Under the pieces are notes generated by a model that saw nothing but the letters and a program-made list of their open reading frames with translations, ran no database searches and was not told the origin of the DNA. Shown in pieces: positions 35,548 through 36,630 of a stretch of 36,630 bases of DNA. Source of the stretch: Batkoa obscura (lineage: Eukaryota); NCBI GenBank assembly GCA_030770535.1, contig JASVEC010000172.1, forward strand, positions 1 through 36,630, in the 5' to 3' direction. Every line of letters starts with the position of its first letter. The first letter of the stretch is position 1. Both the position numbers and the translations under genes were made by a program.

Positions 35548-36372
35548 TAATGCTTATCGTTGCAACCAATAACTTATTTTTAATTAAAACAAAATAGCAA
35601 TCGTTACAGCTTTATTGTGAAGTAATCAGTGATAAGTTTTATAGTTAAATAATTTGTAGTCTACCTTAACTAGCGCTTATACTTTGGATAAACTTCGATA
35701 TGATTTTTTTTTAAACAAATAGTCAGGAATTTTACAAAAAAACTATATCAGCTATGTTTATATAACAGCATTATATTTTGATAAAGAAATTAATACAACT
35801 TTTTTCAAAACAGCAAGTTCAAGTCAAAAAGTCAATTGGGTTTAACATTTATAGGCCAATTTTAAAGAATTGACTATTTTATACTGATTTTTAGACTAAG
35901 ATGCTATACCAAATATAATTCAAAATGCTACTTTAATATTTGGGTTATGTTTGGTAATAGGGCTGAGTTTAAAGATATGGATTTATCTTAAAAATGATTA
36001 GAAAGAAACATTTTTCACCATAAAAATAGGTTCTTCATTGAAAATATTTTAAAAATTTATTAAACCATAAACCATAAACCATATACTGACCGAAATGTGG
36101 TTTTAATCGAATATAAATCACATGTATTTAAATTTTAATGACTACATAAATCTTGTCAGTAAACAAAATTTTATAGCCATATTTATCAAAAAGAATATAA
36201 TGTAAAGCTTAGCATTTGATGTATAAAAACACATTGTTTATATTAGTTTCATTATAGTTATCTATGCTTCTTAAAAGAAAGCGTTAGCTTTTATATAACT
36301 ATCATTTGATGATTTGATACCAAATCAATTAAATGTGCTTAAATTTATTAATCAAAATAAACGTAATAAAAA

Positions 36373-36630
36373 TTAAATAAAATAGTTTGAGTGTTTAGAG
36401 TATACTGCTATATTTTTATAGCAGGAGGAACAGACATGTATCTCTCTCATATCCCAAAGGGCTAGCCAAGATAATATTACCACAGGAAAGAAAAAATAAA
36501 TCAAGATCAAAATAAACTGCGTAAGACTTTCTGGATAGTTGTTGGTATTGTAGAAAAATATTGGAAATGTTTGGTAATAAAGAAATCCTATTATTATTAA
36601 TTTAGTTTCGATATTGCGATCAATCGTTAG
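36373..36630 (-). CDS. LITAF-like paralogue, 3' part; starts beyond window end
   Basis: Open frame not in the ORF track: LTIDRNIETKLIIIGFLYYQTFPIFFY...FILILIYFFFPVVILSWLALWDMREIHVCSSCYKNIAVYSKHSNYFI-stop. Confidence 0.75.
   Translation of the reverse strand, partial: LTIDRNIETKLIIIGFLYYQTFPIFFYNTNNYPESLTQFILILIYFFFPVVILSWLALWDMREIHVCSSCYKNIAVYSKHSNYFI

Overview
Very AT-rich eukaryotic DNA with short GT-AG introns. Gene content (RRM-cyclophilin PPIE, KDM3-type JmjC, HSV2, CBM19-like protein) suggests a fungus, probably early-diverging (inference). Bases 1-5900 are a compact, repeat-free block of intron-rich housekeeping genes: UBC8 5' end, YAR1-like ankyrin protein, phosducin-like PLP2, a phospholipase/carboxylesterase, PPIE and a small orphan. 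From about 6400 onward the window is accessory-like. It holds at least nine intronless LITAF-domain paralogues (4 intact, 4 pseudogenes, 1 truncated by the window end) with a conserved PPxY/CPFE N-half and a highly variable membrane segment. Two of them share a near-identical 604-bp tract that stops where the variable segment starts. Two decayed KDM3-like JmjC genes sit head-to-head with those two LITAF copies. About 20 copies of a ~98-bp MITE (GGG...CCC ends, 4-bp AT-rich TSDs, two empty-site proofs inside the window), a probable solo LTR, a MAPEG gene, an HSV2/WIPI PROPPIN, a CBM19-like secreted protein with a MITE-disrupted duplicate, a Cys-rich secreted protein and a 467-aa orphan complete the window. 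All translations and alignments were done by eye; pseudogene and degenerate-repeat ends are approximate.
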